From Eledone cirrhosa (lineage: Eukaryota): a stretch of 64,000 nucleotides of DNA. Each line of letters starts with the position of its first letter. The stretch's first letter is position 1. The notes beneath the pieces were generated by a model. That model ran no database searches. It saw only the letters and a program-made list of their open reading frames with translations, and was not told where the DNA came from. Made by a program: the position numbers and the translations under genes. The stretch is from assembly GCA_964016885.1 (NCBI GenBank), contig OZ024740.1, forward strand, positions 408,084,001 to 408,148,000, written 5' to 3'. Of this stretch, positions 1-13,632 are shown one piece after another.

Positions 1-410
1 AAATGAAAAAGAAAAGTATAAATAAGTATTAAAAGTATAAATGTAAAACAGTCATGAAAATAACATATAACAAATATGCAACAGACACACATAGACACAC
101 ACATATATATATATATACATACATACACACACATATATATATACATACACACACATATATGTAATAAATATTTATGCTTAAACAGAGAACATATTAATAT
201 ATTCAAAGATTCGGGGTAAACTTAATGGAGATATACCTACTGTTTTTTAATTAGAAGTTTTAACTGTGAAAAAGGACTAACTGTGAAGTGTAAACACTTT
301 CAGCTATTCTTGTGTATGCAGAAAAAACATCCAGAGGTTATTCTTATGCCTTCATTTCAGTAATTCTTGTTGTATCATCAGAGAATAACTACCTCTATAA
401 TTCTATGTAA

Positions 411-710
411 GGCGGCAAATTGGCAAAGTCATTATGACGTCGGATAGAATGCTTTACGGTATTCGTCCCACCTCATTGCACACTCTAAATTCAAATCCCT
501 CCATGGTCAACTTTGCCTTATATCCTTTCACTGTCGATAGAAAGGCACCAGTCCAGTACTGGGGCTGATTCTTCCTCTATAGAAAAAATCGGCTGTGTTC
601 AGACCTGCAGAGGGTTGGGCTCTGCCAAGTTTAAAAGTGCCCTAGACATGCCATATGACAGTGCCTCTATGACTCTACAAGGAGTTATGGATAATTCTAT
701 GTATAGGAAT
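411..710 (+). mobile_element. Diverged tRNA-derived SINE (family B head/core with an alternative tail)
   Basis: GGCGGCAAATTGGC head, TTCAAATCC B-box-like motif, then CAACTTTGCCTT...GTCGATA...CCAGT core. Its tail resembles the copy at ~21990-22270. Confidence 0.65.
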
Positions 711-1028
711 TGCCTGACACGGTCCGTCTAACTTGCAAGACATGCATGCTCTTGGTGGCGCATCATGCAAATTTGACAATTTCAAGCATTTGCATCATCA
801 TCATCATCATCATCGTCACACCGTTTAACGTCCATTTCTCCACACTAGCATGGGTTAGACGAGTTGTCCTGTTGTGAGTATTGTTAGGTCAGGTGATCAT
901 TTCTTGCTCATACAGAACTGATTCTATATATTCATACATACACACACACTCTCTCTCTTTCTCTCGCACACACACAGACACGCATATGTTTATATATAAA
1001 CAGAAACACAGTAACTAGAATAAGAAGA

Positions 1029-2543
1029 GGATGGAAGAAGTTTAGATAGCTATTAACCCTGTTGACAATAAAAAGGGTAGTAGCTAGGATGGAAGAAGTT
1101 TAGATAGCTATTAACCCTGTTGACAATAAAAGGGGTAGTAGCTAGGATGGAAGAAGTTTAGATAGCTATTAACCCTGTTGACAATAAAAAGGGTAGTAGC
1201 TAGGATGGAAGAAGTTTAGATAGCTATTAACCCTGTTGACAATAAAAAGGGTAGTAGCTAGGATGGAAGAAGTTTAGATAGCTATTAACCCTGTTGACAA
1301 TAAAAAGGGTAGTAGCTAGGATGGAAGAAGTTTAGATAGCTATTAACCCTGTTGACAATAAAAAGGGTAGTAGCTAGGATGGAAGAAGTTTAGATAGCTA
1401 TTAACCCTGTTGACAATAAAAAGGGTAGTAGCTAGGATGGAAGAAGTTTAGATAGCTATTAACCCTGTTGACAATAAAAAGGGTAGTAGTTAAGATGGAA
1501 GAAGTTTAGATAGCTATTAACCCTGTTGACAATAAAAGGTGTAGTAGCTAGGATGGAAGAAGTTTAGATAGCTATTAACCCTGTTGACAATAAAAAGGGT
1601 AGTAGTTAAGATGGAAGAAGTTTAGATAGCTATTAACCCTGTTGACAATAAAAGGTGTAGTAGCTAGGATGGAAGAAGTTTAGATAGCTATTAACCCTGT
1701 TGACAATAAAAAGGGTAGTAGCTAGGATGGAAGAAGTTTAGATAGCTATTAACCCTGTTGACAATAAAAAGGGTAGTAGTTAAGATGGAAGAAGTTTAGA
1801 TAGCTATTAACCCTGTTGACAATAAAAGGGGTAGTAGCTAGGATGGAAGAAGTTTAGATAGCTATTAACCCTGTTGACAATAAAAGGGGTAGTAGCTAGG
1901 ATGGAAGAAGTTTAGATAGCTATTAACCCTGTTGACAATAAAAAGGGGTAGTAGCTAGGATGGAAGAAGTTTAGATAGCTATTAACCCTGTTGACAATAA
2001 AAAGGGTAGTAGCTAGGATGGAAGAAGTTTAGATAGCTATTAACCCTGTTGACAATAAAAAGGGGTAGTAGCTAGGGTGGAAGAAGTTTAGATAGCTATT
2101 AACCCTGTTGACAATAAAAGGGGTAGTAGCTAGGATGGAAGAAGTTTAGATAGCTATTAACCCTGTTGACAATAAAAGGGGTAGTAGCTAGGATGGAAGA
2201 AGTTTAGATAGCTATTAACCCTGTTGACAATAAAAGGGGTAGTAGCTAGGATGGAAGAAGTTTAGATAGGTATTAACCCTGTTGACAATAAAAGGGGTAG
2301 TAGCTAGGATGGAAGAAGTTTAGATAGGTATTAACCCTGTTGACAATAAAAGGGGTAGTAGCTAGGATGGAAGAAGTTTAGATAGCTATTAACCCTGTTG
2401 ACAATAAAAGGGGTAGTAGCTAGGATGGAAGAAGTTTAGATAGGTATTAACCCTGTTGACAATAAAAGGGGTAGTAGCTAGGATGGAAGAAGTTTAGATA
2501 GCTATTAACCCTGTTGACAACAAACAGGGTAGTAGCTAGGATG
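1029..2543. repeat. 58-bp minisatellite, ~26 copies, derived from RTE LINE coding sequence
   Basis: Unit GGATGGAAGAAGTTTAGATAGCTATTAACCCTGTTGACAATAAAAAGGGTAGTAGCTA repeated head-to-tail with no spacers. Confidence 0.97.
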
Positions 2544-2609
2544 AGAATAGTTACAAGAGAGATGTCGAATCAGTGTGACTATTAAAGCTAGCATACATAG
2601 AAGTAATAA

Positions 2610-2785
2610 CAATTTCTACTATAGGCACATGGCCAGCAATTTTGTGGGAGGGGAAAGTTAATTAAACAACCCCAGAGCGTGACTGGTACTTTATGTTATC
2701 GACCCTGTAAGACTGAAAGGCAAAGCTAACGTCTGCATGATTTGGACTCAGAATGTAAATGGCCGTAACTCTATACCGCGAAGCA
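2610..2785 (-). mobile_element. SINE family B copy, diverged
   Basis: Reverse-strand match to the family B core and tail (ACTGGTACTTTA...ATCGACCC...AAAGGCAAAG). Confidence 0.75.
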
Positions 2786-4844
2786 GGGTATTAATAACGT
2801 AAATACATAAGTGATATTTATATTAGGCATGATGAGCGATATCTTACATACCATCTTTACATAGTTTTAACCCTTTCATTACCCTATTTCTAAAACACTC
2901 CATATGGTTTTTAAATAATTTTGAAAATAATCAAGAATTTGAAAGTATTTAGTAAAATTGTATGGAAGATAATAAGATTACGATGGAAAGTGTTTCTTTT
3001 TAGATAAATATGAATACGTTAAAGTAAACAGTTTTGAATTACAGTTACAATCTGCTGCTTTCATTCATGCTTTTGATATAACATTCTCTGCCCCCAATAA
3101 AATGAACTCTCATTAAATGGCGTTGTGCAAATAACGCACTTCTGAAATTTGATTCTCTATTACTCTATTGCGTGTTCCAGTCGACAGGCTGAGGTCATTT
3201 TTTTTTTATTTTCCAAAATTTTATGTCATTCATTAAAAAAGTATGCAAACAATGTCTTCCTTTTATTTTTCAAAAAATCTGAATAATTAAATATGCTTTT
3301 AAAGTTACTTGAGAAAACTTTATTGTTATTAGATCTTGATATCGTTATTTTAGTTATAATGATATCTTATTCCAATAAATAACATCATCATTATCAGTAC
3401 TATTTATTTAATTTTTTTCTCTTGTAAATGCTGAAGGACATTTTTGGAAAACTTACTCTGCAAATTTAATTTCTGCATTCAGTTATATGATAATACATTT
3501 TGTAAAATTGAATAAGTTTGTGTACCTTGGGAGAGAAATGCTCCGAGCTGCATTAAAATTTCTCTTTCCTGACAGTGGACAAACTTACTGACTTTTACAA
3601 ACTTTATTATCTAACTCTTGTCATTGCAGATCATAATTCATTTTCTTGGACTTTATAATTTTTGTTTTTGTTTTTATTTTATTTCTTATGTTTGGTTAGT
3701 GTCTAAATTTTTTATTGTTACCAAGCTCTGCAGCACTTGTCTAAGCTGTAACAAAATGCTCTCAGTATATGCTGTGAAGTGTCATATTTTTCTAGCGTGA
3801 GTTCAGTGCTATGTGTAGAGGCATTTTCATATTTTTCTGTCAGTACTATAAGTCTAGAGCTGTCTCCATTGTGTTTTTTTTTATTGTCTTAATCAGGGTT
3901 TATGACAGAATTTGGTGCAGGGGTACATTATACTCAGGCCCAGGAATTTCTTAAGATCTCACAAAATGTTTGCATATATTGATAATTAGCATTCACAAAA
4001 AGGAAGGAAGCCTGAAAGAAACTTTGCCCCTCTGATAAAATTCCACTCAAAGGCTCTGGTCTTGTTGAGATGCACAGTTTAAAATTGTTTTTGTTTTTTC
4101 TGTTACAATTTTAATGTATCATCATCATTTAACATCCATTGTTATCAAAGTTATCACATTATGAGACAAGTCACGTCAGGAGATCACGTCTTGTTCATAC
4201 AGATCTGTATTTTGGCTTTGTTTCTATGACTAGATGCCCTTCCTAATACCAACCAAGTTACAGTGTGCTTTTTGGTTATGTCATCAGCACAATCACATTT
4301 ACAGGGTGGACTGGGCACTTTTTATTGTGTCACTAGCACGACCACCTTATTGGGTGTATTGAGTGTTTTTTTTCTGTCACCAGCATGACCTCTATACAAG
4401 GTAGACTGGGGGGGGGGGGGGTCTCCTGTCATGTGACTAGCGCTACCATCTTATAGAGTGCATTTGTAGCTGCCTCTTTTCATGTTATCAGTAACCACCT
4501 TATGGGATGAATTATGTGCTTCTATTGTTAGCGATGCCAAGATCACCATACAAGGTAGACAAAGTGCTTTTTGTTGGGGTGGCAGCATTATATGAGTGGG
4601 GAGCAGATTTTGAATGTGTTCTTCTTTCCATGCTTGTATGTAGGGATTAAGCATGAATGAGGTACCATAGGAGCATGTAAGGGGATGAGGGGAGGGAGCA
4701 TGCAAGTCGGACATGGATGAGGTGAGTGGGGTATTTAGTTGGTGGTGGCGAGGGTGTTAAAACTAGGGAAGGTGAATGGGGGGAGGAGGGAATGCTAGTT
4801 GCAGGCTAGTGTCCTCTACAGGTTGTTTCAACCTGTGCATATAG

Positions 4845-5310
4845 GAAAGCAGGTCTTTTGCAGTACAGCGTAACACTAGAGATCCCAACTCTGTGTCAGC
4901 TCCTTTGAGAAGTTTAATTGGGCAAGGTCAGCTTTTATCATTTCATCCCAAGCTTTCCTAGGTCTTCCCCATCCATTAACTTTGAGCACCCTGCACCTTT
5001 TCACACAGCTGTCAGCTTCTATACACATCACATATCCATGCCACTACAGTCTCCTCTCCTTTCTGCTGTATCTGATCCCCCTTATGCTCAGTTTCTCTCT
5101 AAATTCATTTACACTTCATTGTTCATGCACACTACTATTGAACATCCATCGAGCATGCAAGCTTCATTTCTTTCCAATCCTCATAGGTCTTCTGCACACA
5201 GTTCCCAGGTCTCACTTCCATGCAACATTGCTGTTCAAATACAAGCATCATACACTCTGTCTTTCATTTTCAAGGAAAAACTCTTCATAGTTAGCTCCCT
5301 GAACTTTATT
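4845..5310 (-). mobile_element. Decayed RTE LINE 3' coding fragment
   Basis: Aligns by eye to 49330-49810 (CCCAGGTCTCACTTCCATGCAACATTGCTGTTC = reverse of TAMLHGSETW). Degraded 3'-UTR modules lie at ~4120-4420. Confidence 0.85.
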
Positions 5311-6576
5311 GAAATTTACTGTTTTGTAGTTTACAGAATTTATTTTTTTTGCTCTTAAATTATTAGAATAACTCATTTGCTGTTCAGAATTGAATTTACA
5401 AAACAAAGTGCAGCACAACAAGTGTTTAAGTATTTTTGTTTAATCTTCACAGAAACCAAGCCAAAGCACCAGCTGCTGTTTAAATCAAAGTGAAAACTGA
5501 TTTAAGATTCCTCTTTAGAGTGGTTGTCATCATTAAAATATTTCTACTGACGCTATCAGATGCTTTTAGTAATAAAACAAACATTCAGTGAAATTAGTTT
5601 TAAATCAACAGTTCTATAGCTGCTGAAAGTATGCTTCCATACTGAACATGACAACTTCCTTGTACGTGTGTGTATACATGTGTGTATGTATTTCTAAATG
5701 ATGTGTTAACGATGGAGATCTTAAAACCTAAAACCAATACCACTGAAATGATTCTCATCAGATAAACATCTATGCAATGAAAGGAAAACATTTACTTACA
5801 CAGATTAAATATTTTCGTAATGTAAATGCTACTTGCTGTGCAGATCATAGCTTATATAATTAGTTATTGCAAAAAGGGGAAAAAAGCTAAGTACAAGATG
5901 AATTATTTTGATAAAAATCTTCAGCTATTTAGTATTTCTATTTAGATATCACCTCCATAATTACTATTTCTTGTTCATGCAGATGAAACTTGCTAAATAA
6001 CTTTTCTCCAACCAATCATTTATCTATGAAGCTTAATTTTCTAAGATCATGTCTACTCTACATGTCTTTCAAGTTTTATTTTATTATTAGCATCTGTAAT
6101 GAGATTGCATTAATTTGCACACAGTTTACATAATCTCTTCTCATTTTGTTTCCTTTGTTACACATTATTGCTCATTATAATTAACAAGCAAAGCTATTAA
6201 TATAAATTTCACATTGCTCATCAATCATGTCATGTTCCGTTTGTTCCCTCTGAGTCGTTTTAACTCCTACCTTTCTTTGTAGAAATACTTCAACAACATA
6301 ATCTGATAATATAGAGTTTGCTTTAGTATGCATGGTTCTAGATCTGGCTCCAGTAATTTTCTTTCTGTATTTTTTCTTTGTCTCTAGATAATCCATTTTA
6401 TTGTGTATTTATGTATTGAGTAAATTCTATAGTAGGATTCTGAATTATATAGGAAGTATATGTCATTGAAAATATGTATTATTTGGTATCTGTATCTTAT
6501 CTATGTTGGTTTTCATTGTTTAGAATCTGTAATTATATGCTTCTCTCTAACTACATTGGCTCAAGTATTAATATTC

Positions 6577-6786
6577 TAAATTCCTTTAAATTACTCTATG
6601 TTTACTATTATATTTTCACAGTAAAGTCTTTATCTCACATAATATTGAATCTATGAGATGTTGGTATTATTTATTTTGAGAACAATACCTTAACATCAGT
6701 ATGAGTGGCTGGTTACAGCCGATTTGAACAGAAAGAGGTGACAGAAGTTTAGCCGGATACGACTAGTTTAAATGCTTAAGGGTTGA
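6577..6786 (-). mobile_element. piggyBac-type MITE family 1, diverged
   Basis: Internal sequence matches the other family 1 copies; right end is TTTAAATGCTTAAGGGTT. Confidence 0.7.
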
Positions 6787-7422
6787 TTTTTAAGAAAATA
6801 TTTTTTTTCTGAATTAAAGGTTTTTTGAAAATTACTTGGAATAGGAATAGTTATATCTGCAATTTCTTTCCGGTAGTGAATTATATTGAAACTGACTGAA
6901 TAATATACTTGTTTTTGTTTTTTCTTTAATTTCAAAATCGAATATTATTTCAGAAATTCAACAATGTTATTCTTTTCATCCAGTTTGTTGTTGTTCATAT
7001 TGCTATAAAATATATATGAATTATCAATTTCATCTTTAAAATTAATAAAAATTTGATAATACAAGCTTGGTGATTGCATACTAACCTACAATTTTCAAAA
7101 GCAGAATTTATTTGTTAATGAAATATTTATATATAGATATTTTTCATAAAAATTCACAATTTTTCCCTAAAGTAATAAAATATTTTCCAAGTTAGTTTCA
7201 TATCTTTCTCTATGAATATTCAATTTGTATTTTATGAAATGAAAAAAAAAGTATTTGTAAAATATGTGAAATGTGACTCATATCTGTTTGTCTCTACCTC
7301 AGGATTTTCTGGCTGTCAGAAGATATTACTTCAATCACTTTTACAACAAATTGATGCCTCTATTTCCAGACATATTTTAAATTGAACATATTTCCTCTCT
7401 CACTACTCTTATCTAATGTTCT

Positions 7423-7638
7423 TTAACCCTTTAGCGTTTAAACCAGCCATCTCTGGCCAGAATTCTCTCACCTCTTTCTGTTCAAACTGGCCTTAACTAG
7501 CCACTCATACTTATGTTAAGCTATTGTTCTCAAAATAAATAATATCAAAATCTCGTAGATTTGATATTATGTGAGATAAAGCCATTACTGTGAAAATACA
7601 ATAGAATTTATTGTGTAATGTAAATATTAAAGGGTTAA
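7423..7638 (+). mobile_element. piggyBac-type MITE family 1 (~215 bp)
   Basis: TTAA-CCCTTTAGCGTTTA ... TAAATATTAAAGGG-TTAA. TTAA target duplication with CCC/GGG termini is the piggyBac signature. Confidence 0.85.
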
Positions 7639-8270
7639 ACATTTCTTTATTGTTTACAAACTTCCAAAGTTTGCTTCTATATCTGAATTCTGATTGATGG
7701 TTAAAAATATGAATTAAAAAATATTTATTATTGCCTCCAAAATGTTTATATTGTCATTTACTTTATAGAAAATATATACAGTATTCTCTTGAAAAACATT
7801 TCTGATTTTACTTAAAGATAGCTTTGACTATCTATTTTAGATATTGAATTGTGTGTGTAGATGAGGGGATTACATGCGTGAATATCTAAGATTCATTTCA
7901 TATTACAGAAATTTTAGTTTACTTTTATAATTCCAATTTTCTTCAATGCAAAGATCTCATGGTTTCTAATTTCTGAGATAAAACAAGCACTGGAAGTTTT
8001 TTTTCTTTTCGGGTAAAGTTAGTGAATATTTTTTTAATTATTAAACCTCAGGCCAGTTCGAATTAATACATGTTCCAGACATGACCATCCAGTGAATTCT
8101 TGTAGTGTAGAATATTCAGGATTACATTATCTAATATATTTTTTCTTCAAGACAGTGAGATGTAATTTGAAAACAAATTGGCAGCTATTTCTAGCAGATT
8201 GAGTGATCACATAGCAACCCTCTTATTAGCTCAAATAATTATAATTTTTGGATATTTGGAGGCAGTAGAC

Positions 8271-8499
8271 TTAATCTTTTAGTATTTACATTACTCTATT
8301 TTTACTATTATATTTTAATGGTAAAGGATTTACCTCACATAATTATCTCACATAATATCGAATCTATGAGATTTTGATGTTATTTATTTTGAGAACAATA
8401 CCTCAACATCAGTATGAATGGTTGGTTACAGCTGGTTTGAACAGAAAGAGGTGAGAGAATTCTGGCCCGATGCAGCCAGTTTAAATGCTATAGGGTTAA
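8271..8499 (-). mobile_element. piggyBac-type MITE family 1
   Basis: TTAA-flanked inverted copy of the same element. Confidence 0.8.
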
Positions 8500-9129
8500 T
8501 CCATCACTTGGTTTAACACCATCACCTAGCCTCTGCATACCTTTAACAGAGTCTACATATAACCATTTGGATCAGGGGATATCTTCCCTACTGTCTCTAA
8601 TCGTGGAGCCATGGGTGTAGCCTTTATTCTTGACTAAACAATTAATATATATCTAAATGGATACATAATTTGTTTATCTTTAAATAAAAGTAAGTTTTGA
8701 GAGTTTTATACTTTGATAAAGTTTCTATTTTATGAAGGTGAAATGTTAAGAGGTTCTGTAATAGATTTGATTACCTAATTCCAATAATGCTAAATACCAT
8801 AGCTTTACTAGAGTCTACAGCTGAAATAAATTAACTCTATTCTCTAGAGTGCAATGTTTCTGCAGTCATCTATGATGAACTTTTTCACTTATTCTCTCTT
8901 AACTAATATCTGACATATAGTGTTGATCTCATTAACCTTTTGTTGTCTCTCAAGAGGAAAGTAATAGTTCAGTTTACTGGACGGTTTAATTCACTTTGTT
9001 GTGGTTGGTAAAAGGGTTTGAATGTCAACCTTGATCCACAAAATAAAAAATTGTTAAGTTTGAAAAAATTACAAGTGCATTTGGTTGTTTTATTTTTTCT
9101 AATTTTTGGTTATATATATATATATATAT

Positions 9130-9465
9130 GGGCTTGCAATCAAAAGGTTGTGAGTTCAATTCTCAGACCGGGTGATGTGTTGTTTCCTTGAGCAAGACAC
9201 TTTATTTTACATTGCTCCAGTTTACTCAGCTGTAGAAATGAGATGATAGGACTAGGGTCTCTGCAAAGTGGTCATGGAGGTGCCACGGCAAAAAAGCACC
9301 CAGCCCACACAGTAAAGTGGACATGTAGGCGCCACGGAAAAAAAGCACCCACCACTCACTGTAAATGAGGTTGGTGTTAGGAAGGGCATCCAGCTGTAGA
9401 AATGAAGCCAGAATCAGTTCCCGTCCCACCCTTGCAAGCAGGGAAAGTGGACGTAAAATGATGAT
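9130..9465 (+). mobile_element. SINE family A (tRNA head, CORE-like box, RTE-derived tail), 5'-truncated, in (TA)n
   Basis: GTGAGTTCAATTCTC B-box, TCCTTGAGCAAGACACTT box, RTE 3'-UTR modules and (GAT)n tail. Confidence 0.9.
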
Positions 9466-9469
9466 ATAC

Positions 9470-9507
<38 letters not shown>

Positions 9508-10190
9508 TCATCGTTTGACATCTTTCTTTGCTAGCAAGGGTTGGAAGAGTTGTCAGCAGATCAGGTCAGTACTTAAGTAAAGGTACTTGTCTCATTGATG
9601 GGACTTGAGCCTGCACCTCACTTACATACAATCCTGCACTCTCTGAGCCAACAACCCATAACTCGTTAACATACACCCCTCCACACTACCAAATGCATTT
9701 CTTTTGTGAGACAAGTACTTGGGCGGTTGTCATGACTTTGATAGGGTTGAAGAGTCCCCCGCCTCTTTATTTGGCAGGATCTTTATAGTTAGATGCCCTT
9801 CCTATCACCAATGACTCTAAAGAGTGTACTGGGTGCATTTATTGTGTAAATCACCAGCACTAGGGAGGTTAGTTGAAGAATCCTCCCAACACTTCATTCG
9901 GCAAGTTTTCCACTGTTGGATGCATTTTCTATCACCAATCACTTTACAGAGTGTACTGGGTGCATTTGACATGTAGCTCATCAACATTAGAGAGGTTGTC
10001 ATGCCAAGAGAAAGAAAGAGAGAGAGAGGAGACTCTACTAGTAAAAAAAAAGATTAATTAGACCATTATTCAGAGAAGTATATTGGTGGGCAGTGAGGGA
10101 AAGGAAAATATATCTTGCCTCGCTATATATGTTTATGGAAAGAGAGAGAGCGAGAGATTGCTTCAGTCATTCACACACGTCCATTCACCC

Positions 10191-10520
10191 ATCTATCCAT
10201 TCATTCATTCACCTACACATCTAGCCATTCAGGCATCTATCCATTCATTCATTCACCTACACATCTAGCCATTCAGGCATCTATCCATTCATTCATTCAC
10301 CTACACATCTAGCCATTCACCCATCTATCCATTCATTCATTCACCTACACATCTAGCCATCCATACGTCTATCCATTCATTCATTCACCTACACATCTAG
10401 CCATCCATACGTCTATCCATTCATTCATTCACCTACACATCTAGCCATCCATACGTCTATCCATTCATTCATTCACCTACACATCTAGCCATTCAGGCAT
10501 CTATCCATTCATTCATTCAT
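10191..10520. repeat. ~44-bp minisatellite, ~7.5 copies
   Basis: Unit ATCTATCCATTCATTCATTCACCTACACATCTAGCCATTCAGGC with variants. Confidence 0.92.
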
Positions 10521-10709
10521 TCTACTACAATGATGTATGATGATAATGAGAAGCTAAGATGCAGAATATTGATGGCAAATTGGATTAAGATATAAAAATC
10601 ATTAAATGCTGTTTTGTTAGTTATTTAAAGAGCAGAATTTGAGATCAAAGATGTCATGTGAATAAACTTGAAACATTGGTCTGTAGTGGTGTAATTTGTT
10701 TATTTATTG

Positions 10710-11044
10710 AGGCACATGGCTTAGTGGTTAGAGCATTGGCCTTGCAATCGAAAGGTTGTGAGTTCAATTCTCAGACCGGGTGATGTGTTGTTTCCTTGAG
10801 CAAGACACTTTATTTCACATTGCTCCAGTTTACTCAGCTGTAGAAATGAGATGATAGGGACTGGGGTCCCTATCATTCCACTGCAAAGTGGTCGTAGAGG
10901 TGCCACGGCAAAAAATCACCCAGCACTCACTATAAATGAGGTTGGTGTTAGGAAGGGCATCCAGCTGTAGAAATTAAGCCAGAATCAGTTCCCGTCCCAC
11001 CCTTGCAAGCAGGGAAAAAGCGGACGTAAAATGATGATGATGAT
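10710..11044 (+). mobile_element. SINE family A, full length
   Basis: GAGGCACATGGCTTAGTGG (A-box), GTTCAATTC (B-box), CORE-like box, RTE-type tail ending GGACGTAAAA(TGA)n. Confidence 0.93.
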
Positions 11045-11141
11045 TGAAATGTAGCTTTGAATTTTAAGACATCATACATATTTTCCCATTAAATATCTCT
11101 TGATACTTTCATATTAACCTTTTACTATTATATGACTTCAT

Positions 11142-11332
11142 GGCGGTGAATTGGCAGTATCGGTAGAGGGTTGGACGCCATGCTTTCCAGCATAGTTACA
11201 TCCCTTTATGGTCTGAGTTTAAATCCTGTGGAGGTTAACTTTGCTTTTCATCCTTACGGGGTCAATAAAATAAAGTACCAGTAATACACTGGGATAATTG
11301 GTGGCCTTGTGCCAAAAGTAGAAACAATTATT
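11142..11332 (+). mobile_element. SINE family B
   Basis: TGGCAGTATCGG A-box, B-box-like GTTTAAATCC, core GCTTTTCATCCTTACGGGGTCAATAAAATAAAGTACCAG. Confidence 0.88.
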
Positions 11333-11945
11333 ATATGACTTCATTAACTGACTGTTTTTACAATTCTTGATCTGTTGAAGCTCTTATGAAAACAACAGAA
11401 CCTCCTTCACCTTTGTGTCTGAGAGGGGGGGGGGGGTATCAAAGATTATGACTGTTACCTAGGCATATGTTATTGTTGTTTAGTCCTTGCGCTGATGAAG
11501 CAGACTACAGGAATCACTGTCTTTGTTTAAGATGATGGAGTATTATTTCAGAGAGATTTGGTCACTAATACTATTAGGTTAAGTCACCATATAATGGCTC
11601 CTATATTAACTCAATTGGTGGGGATCAATATGTTATGACTATATATATATTTTTTTTATACATACATAAATTTTACAGTGCTATTACTACTTAGAATGGT
11701 AAAAATACATCTCTCTATGCAACATACAATTATGTGGAGAATAAAGTGGCTTAGTCATGAATACAATGCTCTGTCAATAACAGGATATGAACTGCCAATC
11801 CTTTGACTGATTCTTGGATACCTTATTGTTTTGTATGTAGCTTCTATCTCTCACCTCAATAAAGAACACATACACTGAGCTGATATTTCATAGTCAGTGT
11901 TTTAATCCAAAAGACAACTTACAAAACTGTCCAATTTATATTAAC

Positions 11946-13632
11946 AAAGTGGTCTTGTGGGTGTCATGACAAAAAGCATCCAGCCCACATTGTAAGGTGG
12001 TCTTGTGGGTGTCATGACAAAAAGCATCCAGCCCACATTGTAAGGTGGTCTTGTGGGTGTCATGACAAAAAGCATCCAGCCCACATTGTAAGGTGGTCTT
12101 GTGGGTGTCATGACAAAAAGCACCCAGCCCACATTGTAAGGTGGTCTTGTGGGTGTCATGACAAAAAGCATCCAGCCCACACTGTAAGGTGGTCTTGTGG
12201 GTGTCATGACAAAAAGCATCCAGCCCACATTGTAAGGTGGTCTTGTGGGTGTCATGACAAAAAGCATCCAGCCCACACTGTCAGGTGGTTGTGTAGGTGT
12301 CATGACAAAAAGCATCCAGCCCACACTATAAGGTGGTCGTGTAGGTGTCATGACAAAAAGCATCCAGCCCACACTATAAGGTGGTCTTGTAGGTGTCATG
12401 ACAAAAAGCATCCAGCCCACACTATAAGGTGGTCTTGTGGGTGTCATGACAAAAAGCATCCAGCCCACACTGTCAGGTGGTTGTGTAGGTGTCATGACAA
12501 AAAGCATCCAGCCCACACTATAAGGTGGTCTTGTGGGTGTCATGACAAAAAGCACCCAGCCCACACTGTAAGGTGGTCTTGTGGGTGTCATGACAAAAAG
12601 CATCCAGCCCACATTGTAAGGTGGTCTTGTGGGTGTCATGACAAAAAGCACCCAGCCCACATTGTAAGGTGGTCTTGTGGGTGTCATGACAAAAAGCATC
12701 CAGCCCACACTGTAAGGTGGTCTTGTAGGTGTCATGACAAAAAGCACCCAGCCCACATTGTAAGGTGGTCTTGTGGGTGTCATGACAAAAAGCATCCAGC
12801 CCACACTATAAGGTGGTTGTGTAGGTGTCATGACAAAAAGCACCCAGCCCACACTGTAAGGTGGTCGTGTAGGTGTCATGACAAAAAGCACCCAGCCCAC
12901 ATTGTAAGGTGGTCTTGTAGGTGTCATGACAAAAAGCATCCAGTCCACACTATAAGGTGGTTGTGTAGGTGTCATGACAAAAAGCACCCAGCCCACACTG
13001 TAAGGTGGTCGTGTAGGTGTCATGACAAAAAGCACCCAGCCCACACTGTAAGGTGGTCGTGTAGGTGTCATGACAAAAAGCATTCAGCCCACACTATAAG
13101 GTGGTCTTGTGGGTGTCATGACAAAAAGCACCCAGCTCACACTGTCAGGTGGTTGTGTAGGTGTCAAAGCAAAAAGCACCCAGCCCACATTGTAAAGTGG
13201 TCTCGTGGGTGTCATGACAAAAAGCACCCAGCTCACACTGTAAGGTGGTTGTGTAGGTGTCATGACAAAAAGCACCCAGCCCACACTGTAAGGTGGTCTT
13301 GTGGGTGTCATGACAAAAAGCTCCCAGCCCACACTGTAAGGTGGTTGTGTAGGTGTCAAAGCAAAAAGCACCCAGCCCACACTGTAAGGTGGTCGTATAG
13401 GTGTCATGACAAAAAGCACCCAGCCCACACTGTAAGGTGGTCGTGTAGGTGTCAAAGCAAAAAGCACCCAGCCCACACTGTAAGGTGGTCGTATAGGTGT
13501 CATGACAAAAAGCACCCAGCCCACACTGTAAGGTGGTCATGTAGGTGTCAAAGCAAAAAGCACCCAGCCCACACTGTAAGGTGGTCGTGTAGGTGTCAAA
13601 GCAAAAAGCACCCAGCCCACACTGTAAGGTGG
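11946..13632. repeat. 48-bp minisatellite, ~35 copies, expanded RTE/SINE 3'-UTR module
   Basis: Unit GGTGGTCTTGTGGGTGTCATGACAAAAAGCAYCCAGCCCACAYTGTAA. The array continues directly into an RTE-type 3' end. Confidence 0.96.

Noticed and set aside
1029-2543. CRISPR-like regular array
   Set aside because: Units are contiguous with no unique spacers, there are no cas genes, and the context is eukaryotic.
6181-6396. 71-aa minus ORF (MDYLETKKKY...)
   Set aside because: No recognisable motif or convincing splice context.
10710-10780. tRNA gene
   Set aside because: A and B boxes are present, but they form the head of a multi-copy SINE with no complete cloverleaf.
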